Shown: in pieces, positions 26,775-40,330 of the stretch
How the letters are laid out: every line of letters starts with the position of its first letter
Numbering within the stretch: position 1 is the first letter of the stretch
Assembly: GCA_964016885.1 (NCBI GenBank)
Contig: OZ024742.1
Location: 250,480,001 to 250,544,000, forward strand
Length of the DNA: 64,000 nt
From: Eledone cirrhosa
Lineage: Eukaryota
Reading direction: 5' to 3'
Position numbers and translations under genes: made by a program
Notes under the pieces: generated by a model
What the model saw: the letters and a program-made list of their open reading frames with translations, nothing else
Told to the model about the DNA's origin: nothing
The model's database searches: none

Positions 26775-27024
26775 TATATTCCTGTAATTGGTTGTCTTCA
26801 ACGATTCCAGCTAGATGAGAAATCTATAGATGTTTCGCACAAGAACATGTCCCAGAAGTCTGTTCCAATCTAAAAGTTTGGCAAAAAAAAGAAATGAAGG
26901 CGTATGAGATAAGACACATCAGATATAATATATTATATTTGGGACAGGATATAGGAAGCAAGATACATTCAAAATAAAGACTTTAAACGCCACAGCTATA
27001 TATATATATATATATATATATATG

Positions 27025-27170
27025 GCGAGAGAGAGAGAGATAGATAGAGAGAGGGAAAGAGAGAGAGGGAGAGAAAGAGACAGAGAGAGAAAGAGAAAGA
27101 AAGAAAAGGGGGTTGGGCAAGTATATATATATATATATTTATATACATATTTATGTATATAAATACATAC

Positions 27171-27247
<77 letters not shown>

Positions 27248-27315
27248 TATATACTTGCCCAACCCCTTTTTCTTTCTTTTTCTCTATCTCTCTCTCTCTT
27301 TCTCTCCCTCTCTCT

Positions 27316-27400
<85 letters not shown>
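27025..27400. repeat. Inverted repeat of (GA)n plus a unique core around (TA)n
   Basis: AGAAAAGGGGGTTGGGCAAGTATAT (27102-27126) / ATATACTTGCCCAACCCCTTTTTCT (27249-27273). Confidence 0.8.
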
Positions 27401-27407
<7 letters not shown>

Positions 27408-28977
27408 GTTTCTAGATTATTCCACAGAACCTGGAATAGTGATATCACCTACAAGAGTGATGGAATGGTAACATAACACCTATTTTCAGAACGGAAGCCA
27501 AAATATTTCCGGCGCCTGTCAATCTAAGTTTCGTTATCTTCTTGGGTCATTTCAAACAGAAGTCATGGCTTATAATTCAGAAGGAAACTTCACCACACCT
27601 TGTTTAGTTTTCTCAAGTAATCTTTCCTTTATAGAATTCCTAGGAATTTTTGTCTTTGGAAATGGTATTCTATGGAAGTTAAGTATCTACGTGTATGTAG
27701 CTATATATGTACGTAGGTACCTACGTATATGCCTAGGAATCTATGTCTCTATGCATGCATCAATGTCTCGGTGTGTAACTATGGATATAGGTGTTTATGT
27801 ATAGCTAGGGATATGTGGATATATGTCTATGTACAGGAGCATAGTTTTATGTGGGGGTGGGGAGCGTGGATTGATGTAAGGTATCTATGTAACATCTATG
27901 ATATTATTATGTATATAAATATCAGCAATGTGTTCATGACAGAACAATGAGAATAGCGAGGATGCCTTTAGGAGGTCATTAAACTTGTTAGAAATTGAAA
28001 GCAAATCCCTATCATAACCCACCCTAACTATTAAATTGAGATAATACATTCCTAGTAACACCGACTGAATTTTGGGGGATTATAGGTCTATCCAATCTTG
28101 ATTTACCCAGGAATATACAGCTACAATATTAACAACATACCCACCTATAATCAACCCATACTCGGTTCACCTCTACTCCACTAAGTACTCTATCTCACCC
28201 CTTTACTTAGATCTGCCCCAATATTCACTCCACATCCCGCTATACGCAAGTTACTTCCTATATTTAGATCTCACTCAATTCTACCTCCTCCTATACACAG
28301 ATCTCCCCCACTACATACTTTACTACTCTTATATCTACCTGCGCCCATTCCACACTAAATATTCGCCATCCTCCTCCTTACATTTTGTACCTTATCTAAT
28401 AACCCAACAATCATTGCAAAACATAATTTTTCTGTTAATTTCCTTTCATAGCAGAGAATGGCACCATATTCACATTCTACATTTTACAACATCTCTTTCT
28501 TAGAGCTATTTTATTGTAAGAGACTATTTTGAGTTCCTAACTCAATATATACCTTTGATATATATATATATATTTATTAAAATAACAGATTAACATTTAA
28601 GCAAAGAATCGCTGCTTTCACCCTTAACGGGATCTTCTGAAACTAAAAAAGTCAATCTGTGAACGCAGAAGTAAATATTTCAAAAAACGTTGCAACCGAA
28701 GGAAGACAGGAAGACGATACTTTGGTTCGTGGAAACGTTCCCTGGCAAAGAACGGAAAAAAACGAAGATAATACGTCATTATTTGGGGCGTTGAAAACAA
28801 TTACACGCAAAGAGAAAACCACGTTTATGGTATAAATGAAGTCGTAGACTAATATTCTATTAGGTGGTTCATGGAGACATTTTCTTATATATTTGATATA
28901 TATTTATCCTTATCGAGCCCTCTTTGGATTTTAGTCTTCAAATTTATTATTATTACTATATATATATATATATATAA

Positions 28978-29119
28978 AACAAAGAAAGTGTGGTAAGAAA
29001 CCAGGAGGACCATAACTCACCAGAGTACTCGATACTTAGAGTAGTAGAGTCAGGATGCGAACGGTTCTAGCTGTCGAAATGGACGGAGCTCAGCCGTCGG
29101 AGTCCTGACTCTTTTCCTA
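28978..29119. mobile_element. Foldback family A element, diverged/deleted
   Basis: Tail GGACCATAAC..CAGAGTACTCGATACTTAG plus inverted GAGCTCAGCCGTCGG..TTTTCCTA. Confidence 0.75.
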
Positions 29120-29154
29120 TATATATATATATATACACACACATACACACACAC

Positions 29155-29186
<32 letters not shown>

Positions 29187-29488
29187 GTGGGTGTGGGTGT
29201 CATGTTGTAAAATAGAAAAGACTCTATTTATAGGAGTATAAGCCAGCCAGGCAAAAGTAAGTTAGTCACACACATCTAAACATCTCACGGCTTATACTGT
29301 TTGGCTTATATTCCCATAAAGAGAGCTTTTATTTTGTTTATGCTTAAATTTAATATGTAATATTGCTTATCTATATATGTTATCCATTCTTTGAGATGTT
29401 TAAGTAGTAGAGACTAATAACTTTTTAATTAATTTATATATATATATATGCATGTAAATAGATATGCATACAGGCATATACATACAAA

Positions 29489-29583
<95 letters not shown>

Positions 29584-29961
29584 ATATAATATTAAATTTA
29601 AGTCCAAATCTCACATTCGTGGGATATAAGTGAAATTGGCTAAAGAAAACCAATTTAAACTTATGTATGTATGTATTATGTGTATGTATGTATGCGTGTG
29701 TATGTATGTATGTTTTTAAGTATGTATATATGTGTGTGTATGTATATGTATATGTGTATATGTATGTATGCCACAACCATACTTTCAAAAACTGGAATTT
29801 CAAGACATTGGAATAACCAAAATGGGAAGAATTTACAGTTTATCATCAGGAGCGGAACTTTTCGTAAGAATAGGTGACAAATAAAAAAATGATCATACAT
29901 ACCAATTCATATATAAGAGAGCAAGGTGTTGTATTGAATTGCCGTATATATATATATACGT

Positions 29962-30250
29962 ACTAGCAGTGGTACCCAGCGTTGCACGGGATAAGGTATT
30001 GTGAAATATATAACCGCCTTAGCTAAGCTTAGTATTGCCACAACCACGGCTGGCAAAGAAGTAAGTCTCTGGTGGTACGTAAGTAAGCAACACTGTGGCT
30101 TAAAACGTGAGGAAGAAGTTTGGTGCACTTACCAACTGTTTGGGGTATGAGTGTGAAATTTATCTTAAGCAAGGGTTCCAGAATAACCGGATGAAGCAGA
30201 CAGCCAGACATACAGACAGATATTATAAGGGCGCGACTTTATATGTATGT
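29962..30250 (-). mobile_element. Non-autonomous Helitron-like element
   Basis: The minus-strand 3' end reads CCCGTGCAACGCTGGG (hairpin) ..CTAG|T, the Helitron terminal signature; (ACAG)n lies near the other end. Confidence 0.6.
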
Positions 30251-30349
30251 ATCTATCTAAATAGAGAAAGACTAAGAATTGTAGAGAGAGATCGCTAAAT
30301 CACCTAATGCGGTCCCTAGAGCATTGAAAATTTGAAAATTTGAAATATA

Positions 30350-30849
30350 CATACTTACATTTAAGTATCAGCCGTACTAAGAGTGAGAAATGAAATTTCG
30401 TTTCATTCTTTTCTATTTATCGTTTTCAGTACGCCCGGCCGACTAACTCACTCGATATGCAAATTAGGCTGCTCAGCCGTTAATATGCATAAGGAAAGTA
30501 TATACTTCCAAACGTTCAATCATCTGACAGGAAGGTATACGATGCTGACGATAGTTAATAAGCTTGAAACTAGTACATCGTTCCTGTGTAAGTGTTGAAC
30601 AAAAAGGCGACGATGGATCCGAACACTGTACGGCGTAATTCGGGCTGTTTGTTTACAAACAAACCGAGCTTATAATAAATATTCAGTAAACCCATACGTA
30701 CATATATATATATATATGTGTGTGCATGTATGTATATATATACATACTACTGTAGTCTGTAACCATATATGTGTGTACGTATAGATACTTACATTTAAGT
30801 ATCAGCCGTACTAAGAGTGAGAAAGGAAATTTCGTTTCATTCTTTTCCA
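30350..30849 (+). mobile_element. Retrozyme/PLE-like ~435-bp monomer with ~60-bp terminal redundancy
   Basis: ACATTTAAGTATCAGCCGTACTAAGAGTGAGAAA.GAAATTTCGTTTCATTCTTTTC at ~30357 and ~30791; same unit as 3606-4557. Confidence 0.85.
30539..30581 (+). ncRNA. Minimal type I hammerhead ribozyme
   Basis: acgatg-CTGACGA-tagttaataagctt-GAAA-ctag-TA-catcgt; perfect 6-bp stem I. Confidence 0.82.
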
Positions 30850-30851
30850 CT

Positions 30852-30888
<37 letters not shown>

Positions 30889-31174
30889 TTGAATGTATGT
30901 AAAAAGTAAACAGAAATTACAAAGCCAACGACACAGTACATTGAATAAATATATTAGTTCAACGCTTGAACTAACAGGAAAAGAGTCTTAAAGTTTCGAA
31001 CACTTGTTCTTAATCAGAAGATATAATTAGAAATAAAAAATAAACTAGAAAGCTAAAGAGTGAGAAGAAGGAACAAAGCAGTGAGAAGAAAAAAAACGCG
31101 CGTGCGTATTCAGTCAGCCATTTTATACGTGTGCGTATGTGCGTGTGTGTGCATGCGCGTCTGTGTGGCGCATA

Positions 31175-31216
<42 letters not shown>

Positions 31217-31376
31217 TTATGTCTCATATAAAATAATACAACTGGCTTTCCACAAAATACATATAGTTAGCACCCTAAACACTTAAATTAGGTTTATACT
31301 AACGTATAACCTAATGTTTGTTGAGTGTGATAGTTACCAGTCGGAGTTTAGCTTAAAGCTATCTCTGTTATTGTAT

Positions 31377-31413
<37 letters not shown>

Positions 31414-31415
<2 letters not shown>

Positions 31416-31589
31416 CAAAGGAATTGGGGTAAGGAACCAGATGGACCATAACGCACCAGAGTACTCAATACTTAGTGTAGTAGAGTGGGAAATAGGAAAA
31501 AGTATGACCACGACGGCAGAGCTCAGGCTATTTCAGAAATAGCCGTCGAAACGGCTTGAGCTCTGCCGTCGGGGTAATACTTTTTCCTA
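31414..31589. mobile_element. Foldback family A element
   Basis: Homologous to 20766-20991. Confidence 0.85.
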
Positions 31590-31623
31590 CATATATATAT
31601 ATATATATATATATACATATGTA

Positions 31624-31698
<75 letters not shown>

Positions 31699-32579
31699 AA
31701 ATATATGCTCTAGATGTGGAGCTTCTATATGTGTATCTAAGTGTGTATATATAAATATTCATAGGTATGGATATTTCTATAGCTCCCCTTTGATTCTGCC
31801 ATTGTAGAAGTATGAACCAAATTTTTATCGTTCTACGCTTACTAATGTCGGCAACTTCCTAGATTCTCTTCTTTGATGTACATATATCAATTATTACCTG
31901 TCGACATTCTCAAACACCTTGCGTTTCCATCTTCCTCAAAAAACAATTAAAAGCCAGTTCAGAGTAAAATGTAGATCTCAAATATAAGCGTATCATATGA
32001 GGTTTGGACCCAAATTATTTCTCGTTTAATCGCACGTGATAGTATGATATTTAAGCAAAGTCTTTGTGTTATGGGCTGTTCCGTGTCAATAACCATACTG
32101 TTACGGTGTGTCCGTACCAATAAACATATTGTTTCTATATATTTCCTGGCGATGCGGCATTCAGCATAAACATTTACTTAACTGTATGTGTTTGTGTATC
32201 GGCTCTGTGTGGGTATGTTAACTGTGAAGGAATATGTTGTGGTTGGGTATGTGCAATATGGGCGGTTATGTATGTGTGTTGGGGGTTGTGTTTTTCATTC
32301 CAGCGGAGGCATAATAGCTTGGCCAGCAACCTACACACACATACACATTTATATATTCGCGTGTGTGTGTATATGTGTATGTGCGTGTGTGTATTTATGT
32401 GTGCAAAATACTGAGAAGTGAATGTTGATTCAGGTTATCATGAGTTTTTTCTTTCGATTCCTCAAACACAGACGAATAGAACTCGAAAGAAATATCTAAC
32501 AATTACAGTGTTCAACTTGTTGTTGTTTTTTTTTGTTTTGTTTTTTTTTTGTATATAAAGTCTTTAATCGACGGACAGT

Positions 32580-33490
32580 ATTTTTTAGTAGGGGAGGCGC
32601 AGACTTGCGCAATTCCGACCAGGTCCACATACGGCAACCTCCACCTCATGCGATACATCATAGGGATGGTAGGGTGTAAACCTGGTTTCGGTGGGGCTCT
32701 GATCAATTTACATCAATCGAAAGCTTTCAATAGGGTCGACTGTCGAAACCTGGATGCTGTCCTCAAAGCTGTTTTCAGAGGCTGGATCACTGCAATACAC
32801 AGCGCCATCTGCTCGTTGGTCAGCTTTCCGAACCGTTTCAGATCTCCGGATCAGTCCGTCAAGGTTTCCCTCTCTCCTCCCTTCTGTTCATATGGATTCA
32901 GGAAGCTGGAGCTGTTGCAGGGCGTCCCACTCGAAACGAGACGTGGAAAGGCTGTGTCCCCATATACGGACGACATCACCGTGATGGTGTCGAACACCTC
33001 AGAAATCGAGATGATCGGCACCTTCTTGGAGGAATATGAAAGTTTGACGGGAGCAAAACTAAACCCGGATAAGTTGGACGGCATGGACTTGCCTCTCTAG
33101 TTGCTGAGCTGCAAGCTTGCAGCTCAGCAACTAGAGAGGCAAGTCCATGCCGTCCAACAGCGTCGTCTCGTGCTGGAAGGACAGACCGGTAAAGTTGCTC
33201 GGGGTTTGTCTCGGATCAGACCTCCAAGAGGATACACATTGGGACGATATTACGAACAGGGTAGCCACATTCACCCGGAAATGGACCAAGAGGAAGCTGT
33301 CCCTAAAATGTCGGGAAGATGTGGCAACCGTCATGCCTTGCCCCACTTCGTGCCTCACCAAACTGGAACGGCTACTCTTCAACTTCTTGTGGAGGGGACA
33401 TTTTCTGTTACTAAGGCGGTCCATCTGCTGCCAGCACCGTCGATGCGGGATGCTGAGCATGCTGTGGCTAATAATGCACAAACTTACGCT
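32580..33490 (+). mobile_element. Degraded Tx1-clade RT fragment
   Basis: GEAQTCAIPTRS..NLHLMRYII..GFGGALINLHQSKAF, YTDD, VKLLGV; homologous to 15545-16490. Confidence 0.9.
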
Positions 33491-33679
33491 GATTGTTTTT
33501 TGAACGTATTTAATTTTTTTAGTTAACAATTGTTAAGCCAGGATTACTGGATATATGAAAAAACTTATACAAACTGGGAAAATTGCTTTTTGAGAAATCT
33601 ATTGCCCACATAAGAGAACAACTTATAGTTTATGATGATTGTTGGTGTTTTCTGACACGTGGAAGTGAATAAAGATAAT

Positions 33680-33850
33680 AATTGTTTCTACTATTGGCAC
33701 AAGGCCAGCAATTATATCCAGTGCATTACTGGTACTTTATTTTATCGACCCCGTAAGGATGAAAAGTAAAGTTAACCTCGGCGGGATTTGAACTCAGAAT
33801 GGAAAGGGCCGTAACTCTCTATGCGTCAAATCATGGCGTCCGACCCTCTA
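33680..33850 (-). mobile_element. tRNA-derived SINE
   Basis: Match to the family. Confidence 0.88.
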
Positions 33851-34366
33851 AATAATGATATTTTAATAATTTTTTTTCTAGGATGCATGCATGGTCCCGT
33901 AACTCATGAGGAAGTCGTAGGGGTACCGTATTGATATTCGGCATTTCTACGTCATTTTTAAAGCTGGTGGAACACATCTCCTGTTTAGGTCTGAATACAA
34001 CAGCTTTCTTCAAGAAACAGATAGAGACTGAGAGAATGGAAGTGAGAAAGAGATATGGAGGCAGAATCGATCCCAGTCCCTGACTGGTACTTTTTGATCC
34101 CACCTTGAATGGATGAAAGGCAAAGTTGACCTTGGTTTCTAGGGTAGAATTAGTCAAATGCTCAAGATATACACACATGTGTAACTTTGGAGAAATGACT
34201 ATTTACTGGGAGAAATTGAGATTGGAATGCAAATTCTTATTGTAACTTGACTCAGTCCGGTAATGTATGTGTGTGTAAATTGTAGAGAGTTACAGACGCA
34301 AATATATATAAATATACAAATACACATTATGTATGGCTAATTTCTGCTGTTATTTTATAATAAAAA

Positions 34367-34482
34367 GAGTTCAAACCCCGCCGAGGTCAACTTTGCCTTT
34401 CATCCTTACGGGGTCGATAAAATAAAGTACCAGTAATGTACTGGGTAATTGCTGGCCTTGTGCCAAAAGAAGAAACAGTTAT
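34367..34482 (+). mobile_element. SINE, 5'-truncated at the B box
   Basis: Match to the family; flanked by the direct repeat GTTATTTTATAATAAAA. Confidence 0.88.
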
Positions 34483-34887
34483 TTTATAATAAAAAGTGGC
34501 TTCTCTCAGAATTTATATATCTGAGAGAGGGGTAGGTGAGAGAAACTGACTGACCAAAGTGGACAAACCTGTATGGTTAAGTCAGTCACCTCTTTAACAA
34601 ACATACACTTTTTCACCTTTTATATACTTACATTTATAGTGGTGGGCTTTGAAATTTTAGCTGTTGTCGTTGATGTTCTGTTCTCGTTTTTGTGGTAAAC
34701 AGCTGATAAATTTTTCACAAGCTACTCGTGAATTTCTTTATTCATTAACAATACTTCAGTCAATATATACATCACCAAATATATTCATCACCAATAACAC
34801 CAAATTACCTGCATTGACACCACCACCAGAGTCATCACAACCACTATCAACATCACTAGTGCTACCGCCATTATCAGCACTTCATTA

Positions 34888-35070
34888 TTGGATTGGCAGT
34901 ATCGGTAGAGTGTCGGACATGCTTTCCAGCATAGTTATTTCCCTTTACGATCTGAGTTCAAATCCCGCCGAGGTTAACTTTGCCTTTCATCCTTACGGGG
35001 TCGATAAAATAAAGTACCAGGATTGTACTGGATAATTGCTGACCTTGTGCCAAAAGTAGAAACAATTATT
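34888..35070 (+). mobile_element. tRNA-derived SINE
   Basis: Match to the family. Confidence 0.88.
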
Positions 35071-35454
35071 ACCATCACCATCCCATCACAGCTGTCACAA
35101 TCATCAACACCACCACAACCTCCCACACTATCAGCACTAACATTAAAACCCCTACCACCATCACCAACACTGTCTCCTCACTACAAATCCACCTCCACTA
35201 CCATAAATATCACCACTGCTATCAGTAAATATCATTTCTATAACTAATACACTCTCACCACCCTCGCTCTCAACATTATCACTATTAACATTGCCATTGC
35301 AAACACTACCACCACCACCACACCACACCAACAACACCACCACCACATCACCACCACATCACCACCACACCATCACCACCACCGCAACCACCACGGCTAC
35401 CACTGTCACAACTATTAACGTGTAACGACAGGTTTTGTGACGAAGGTCGCAGAT

Positions 35455-35770
35455 TAAGACTTGTGTTTATTTAAGGTGTGTGAAGGAATGATGACGTGGT
35501 GACGCAAAGACTTCTATTTATTGAAGTTGTGTCAACTGGCTATAACCCGATGTTAAGACATTTGTTTATTTAAGATGTGTGAATGAGTTATGACTTGTTG
35601 ATGTTAAGAATTCTATTTATCTAAGATGTTGTGTGAAGGAGTTATGATTTGGTGATACTAAGACTGCTATTTATTTAAGATGTTGTGTGAATGGGCTATA
35701 ACCTGATGTTAAGAAGTGCGAACGAGTTATGACAAGACGGTGTCAAGACTGCTATTTATATAAGATGTAG
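35455..35770. repeat. Degenerate minisatellite, ~48-bp unit, 6-7 copies
   Basis: Recurring TAAGA..T.TTTATTTAAGATGT(TGT)GTGAA..G.TAT.A...GATG. Confidence 0.75.
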
Positions 35771-35901
35771 TATAAACGTGTTTTGATTCCCAGTAATAAG
35801 GGAGGAAAATATAAATGTCGTAATGATGTACAAAACTATCACACTAACTGAAAATCGAACCGTCAGGTAACACATAATTTCACAGCCTCATTATTAAATA
35901 A

Positions 35902-35990
35902 TCGTTTCTACTTTTGGCACAAGGCCAGCAAATACCCAGTGCATTACTGGTACTTTATTTTATCGACCCCGTAAGGATGAAAGGCAAAGC
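35902..35990 (-). mobile_element. Truncated SINE with target-site duplication
   Basis: AGCCTCATTATTAAATAAT occurs at ~35884-35902 and ~35988-36006. Confidence 0.88.
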
Positions 35991-36119
35991 CTCATTATTA
36001 AATAATGTAACCACTGCAGCTACTCCCTTACACATACACACACACACACACACACATACACACACACATACACACACCCACATGCACATATACATACACA
36101 CACATATATATATATATAT

Positions 36120-36290
36120 AACGAAGGAGTTGTGGTAAGGAACCAGATGGACCATAACGCACTCAATACTTAGGGTAGTAGAGTGGGTAATAGGAAAATG
36201 TATGACCCCGACAGCAGAACTCAAGCCATTTCGACGGCTGTAGCCGTCGAAACGGCATGAGCTCTGCCGTCGGGGTCATACATTTTCCTA
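36120..36290. mobile_element. Foldback family A element
   Basis: Turn at GACGGCTG|TAGCCGTC; the short arm ends at TTCCTA. Confidence 0.85.
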
Positions 36291-36446
36291 TATAGACATA
36301 CTGCTTCTGCGCAGTACGGTTGTTTTTCCTTTTCCGTACAACTTCATTTAGACCGAGCTGAGGGTCCGCATAAGGTGGAACATTTGTTCTCGGTATGGTG
36401 AACTAACTGTTGTGGAACTATTTCTATATATATATATATATATATA

Positions 36447-37008
36447 TAGGGGTTGGAGAAAATAATGGAAACACCTAGCATCATAGCATCATAATTTTGA
36501 AATATCTATAAAACCGTCAAAAGCTTGTTTATTTTTATGTTTTTTGATTTATTATTAGTGTTGCTTAATATGTTTTGTTAAAATTGCTGTTTCTCTTCAG
36601 ATATCATCAGAAAAAGGTAATTAAAATTCATTATTAAATATCGGACTTTCAAAGAGGTCAAATTGTTGGTGCATGTATGGCAGGCGCTAGCGTTACGAAA
36701 ACAGCCGAAATGTTTGGTGTATCATGAAGTATTGTCTCGAAAGTAATGACAGCCTTTGAGAAATAGGGAAAACCCTCCTCGTCGAAACAAAACTCCGGAA
36801 GAAAACCAAAACTTTCAGATAGGGACCGTCGGACTCTTACGCGAATTGTTATAAAGGATCACAAAAGTACAGCTCCCAAAATTACTGCAGAGCTTAATAA
36901 CCACTTCGAGAACAATAAAAATAAACAAGCTTTTGACGGTTTTATAGATATTTTAAAATGATGATGCTATGATGTTAGGTGTTTCCATTATTTTGTCCAA
37001 CCCCTCTA
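36447..37008 (+). mobile_element. Tc1-family transposon, internally deleted, ~90-bp TIRs, inserted in TA
   Basis: TIRs AGGGGTTGGAGAAAATAATGGAAACACC.. / ..GGTGTTTCCATTATTTTGTCCAACCCCT; relic SDFQRGQIVG..AGASVTKTAEMFGVS..GRKPKLSDRDRRTL..ITAELN. Confidence 0.92.
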
Positions 37009-37010
37009 TA

Positions 37011-37293
37011 TTAGAAAGTGAGTTTTTTTTACAAAATGAAAAAAAACGAGGTGTCCTACACGAGTGAAATTATAAGGAAAAAAGATGAAATCGAAAATGC
37101 AACTGGAGTCTTTTTTTTTAAATATATATTTATTTAGTTTCTTTACCGGTTTCGCAGTTCTTGTGCTTTTCAAAAGTATAATTGAGAATAATACCTCAAA
37201 CCCTCCATCACAATTCTACTGCGAAACACCAAATAAATATATATTTTTTAAAAAAGACTCCAGTTGCATTTTCGATTTCATCTTTTTTCTTTA
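37011..37293. mobile_element. Foldback family B element
   Basis: AAAAAAGATGAAATCGAAAATGCAACTGGAGTC at ~37078 is inverted at 37256-37290. Confidence 0.85.
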
Positions 37294-37362
37294 TATATAT
37301 ACATACATACATACATACATACATACATACATACATACATACATACATACATACATACATAC

Positions 37363-37813
37363 ATGATGGCTGCCAACTCGTTTTCGAGTACGGCCACTAC
37401 TTTATATCCATGTAAGAGAACCCCTACCGATGCGCTGAACGAGTGACTTTTTAGTCCAGCCAGCGACTTGAAAACTCTGGTACAAACACTACACTTGTGA
37501 CAATTATTGACACATAGTATGGACCCATGGTACCATGTGACGGCAAGTGCAGAGAGATCTCCAGATATAAAGCAATGCCTGTGCCGTGAAGCTTTTATAG
37601 TGAGCAAAGGCACTGCACAAAGCCAGTCCCACTCTCTTAACCAAGATGATATTTACCAAAAAGAAGAACAAGTAAAGATCATTGGATACCATCAGGGTTG
37701 CAGGTGTTATATCAGAGTTTTCCTTCTCCTAGAATTCTGCCTTGACAAAGGCTAAGGGGTCATCTCTCCCGGTGATTTTCGATGGCCATTGACTCTTAAG
37801 AGCTCCTTTGCCC
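37363..37813 (-). mobile_element. RTE-derived element, 5'-truncated copy
   Basis: Near-identical to 9174-9627; (TACA)n at its 3' end. Confidence 0.8.
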
Positions 37814-38379
37814 TTAGTTCCTTTACCGATTTCGCTGTATATACATACATACATATTAAGTATAGCAAATTTACTCGGAGCCTGCAAACTCAACCAATCA
37901 GAAGGCGAATAGATCTACGACTAGAATTTAGTAAGAAAAGAGTTTCAGGGACTGATATGTCAGCTGGCATCACAACACGATGGAAATGCAGGACCAGTGA
38001 CATATCCCTGTGATTGCATAACAGCATTTATGATTGTATGAGCTTCTGACGAAGCCACGTGCATAAAGATGTAACTGAAATGTATATCATGCAATAAAGT
38101 TATTATGGTGAAATAACCCGGTCTTAATTACTTTTAATTAATATATATATATGTGCGCGCGCGTGTGTGGGTGTGTGTCTGTGTGTGTACATATACCTAT
38201 ACATCATTATTATTATTATTATATTTCAAGCTGAAACAGTAAAATGGCGAAATGGGTTACATTTGACCTTATAATATGTACACTCAACTTTCCTGGGGTA
38301 CTGAGTTAAATAATGCTCTTACTAATCTCCATTAATAACATCATGTCTCTCTATATATATAATCGTGAGAGTTTTCGGC

Positions 38380-40330
38380 CAGTATAAGCCCATACCATGG
38401 TCAACTTAATAGCACCACCTGGCGAAGTCTTTCAGATCATGATTCACACCCGTCATGTTTTAGCCCACTTCAGTAAAGTGTTTTTGCTGGAGATTTTGAG
38501 TTTATTGAGTTGACACCAATATTCAAGGTCTGTCATGCCGTCTATCTTTCTTGTAATTGACCCCTGGAGCGTTGCAATTGTCATCATAATGCATGTGACG
38601 AGACCACAGTGAGCAACAATATTCAAGCTGGAACAGTACAAAAGTAGAACAGAACAGGATGATGGTGTGAATATCTCTCGACCGGAAAGTTCTAAGAATC
38701 CAGGAACACATGATCCGGATCATGTCAACTTTGTTGTTTATATGAGTACTACAGCTGAGATTGTTACGTAACCATTCAAAGGTCTCTGATGTTGTTGGAT
38801 GCCATGATGGTTTTTACCTGAGTGAAGAGAAAACGGTAACTTCAGTAAATCCTCTTTTCCTAAGTGGATTAACCCAAATTTATTCCTCTAGTAGCAAATT
38901 ATTTTTGTTGCTGTTTTTCCAGCGGATAACTTCAAGCAGATCCGATTCTAGGGCATATCCCATCACCCACTCTATTGATGACCTTCTGGAGCTTGGAATC
39001 ATCTGCGAAGATTCTTAATTTGTTGTGCTTGATGACGTTTATAATGTAAATAATGAAGAGACGTGGGCCTAACACAGCGCCATCTGGGACGTCACTACTG
39101 ATTTTGGCTGAGCTTGATCGTATTTCTTCGATCACAACACCGCTGGGCTCTGTTCACTAAGAAACTTGATAGACTGTTGTAGCTTTCCACAGACTCCAAT
39201 GTTGGCTAGCTTCTTAAGCAGGATCCTGCGATGAACCCAGTCAAAGGCCTTGCTGATATCAAGGTATATAACATCAGTGTTGGTGCCCAAAAGTCTTTAG
39301 GAAGTCATGCAGGAACTGCTTAACTGCATCGCAGAAATCCATGCTAGTTGGAGTTTAACAGTTGGTGAATAACGTGAGTTATTGTGGATCCTTTCACCCT
39401 CTGAAATACCTTAATTAATGAGAAATGAGAGAAATCAGACGGTAATTCACTGCGAAGACATGGTTTTCTTTTTGAAAACTGGGACGACGCACTGTGATGG
39501 AAAATGTTCAGGGATATAGCTTTCGTCCAGTGAGTTCCTCCAGAGATCTGCTAGAAGGAGTGCACGTTTATGTTAAGACTCGTTCAGGACATTAGCAGTG
39601 CACCCATCCGGGCCTACTACAGAATTGTACTTAATTTTGTTTATTGCTTCTAAGATATCAGAAGTGCCAAAAGTCTTGGTGTGTTGGAGGCTGTAAAGAC
39701 CAATTATATCAGTATCACTGAAGACAGAGAAAAATTGCTCCTATACTGTCCCAAACAGGATTTTAGAATCATCAAGGAAAGTTATTTTCATCAATCAAAA
39801 CGGCAACTGTGGCAGAGCAACTTTGTATTTTTTAGCAAATGAAAGGAAAACTTTTGAATTGCGTTTGTTTTTCAATGGTCCATTCCTCCTCAAGTGTTCT
39901 TTTGAAGATTACGTTTTTTATTCGAGCGATGCAATAGCAGTCGAATAGGTGAGTTGTTTCTTGCAATATTTTAGTTGCTCGATTATTTTGTTAATTCTTT
40001 TTATTTTTCTAATAATAATTCGCTGTCTATTCCTAAAGATTCTGCACTTATCATTGTTCAGAGATATTGAGGTTTTGCACATATATTTGTAACAGAGTCT
40101 ATAAATATTTGCGAAGATATTTTGATGTTGGTGGTGTTGTCAACGTGTGAAAGATCATGTGTGATGACATCCTAGTTTTCATAATGAAGATCCATGTTAT
40201 CAAATGGATGAGCTGGTAAGAGGTTATTAGGTTTAAATTTTAACAGGTGAAATCTCAGGTCACAGGAAACCATGCCATGGTCTGAGACGAGGCTTTTCTC
40301 CACTGCAATATTGTGAATAGCGTTAGTATT
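38380..40330 (-). mobile_element. Highly degraded CR1/L2-group LINE ORF2
   Basis: SSDVPDGAVLGPRLFIIYI..FADDSKL, YLDISKAFD, NYRLISLIS and LEYCCSLWS on the minus strand; many stops. Confidence 0.8.

Noticed and set aside
27410-27475. Possible host exon after a (TC)n tract (TTCTAG...ATG|GTAACA)
   Set aside because: Short, weak donor, no recognisable protein; needs RNA-seq.
29785-29862. Minus-strand CTGATGA...GAAA
   Set aside because: No convincing stem I or stem II pairing.
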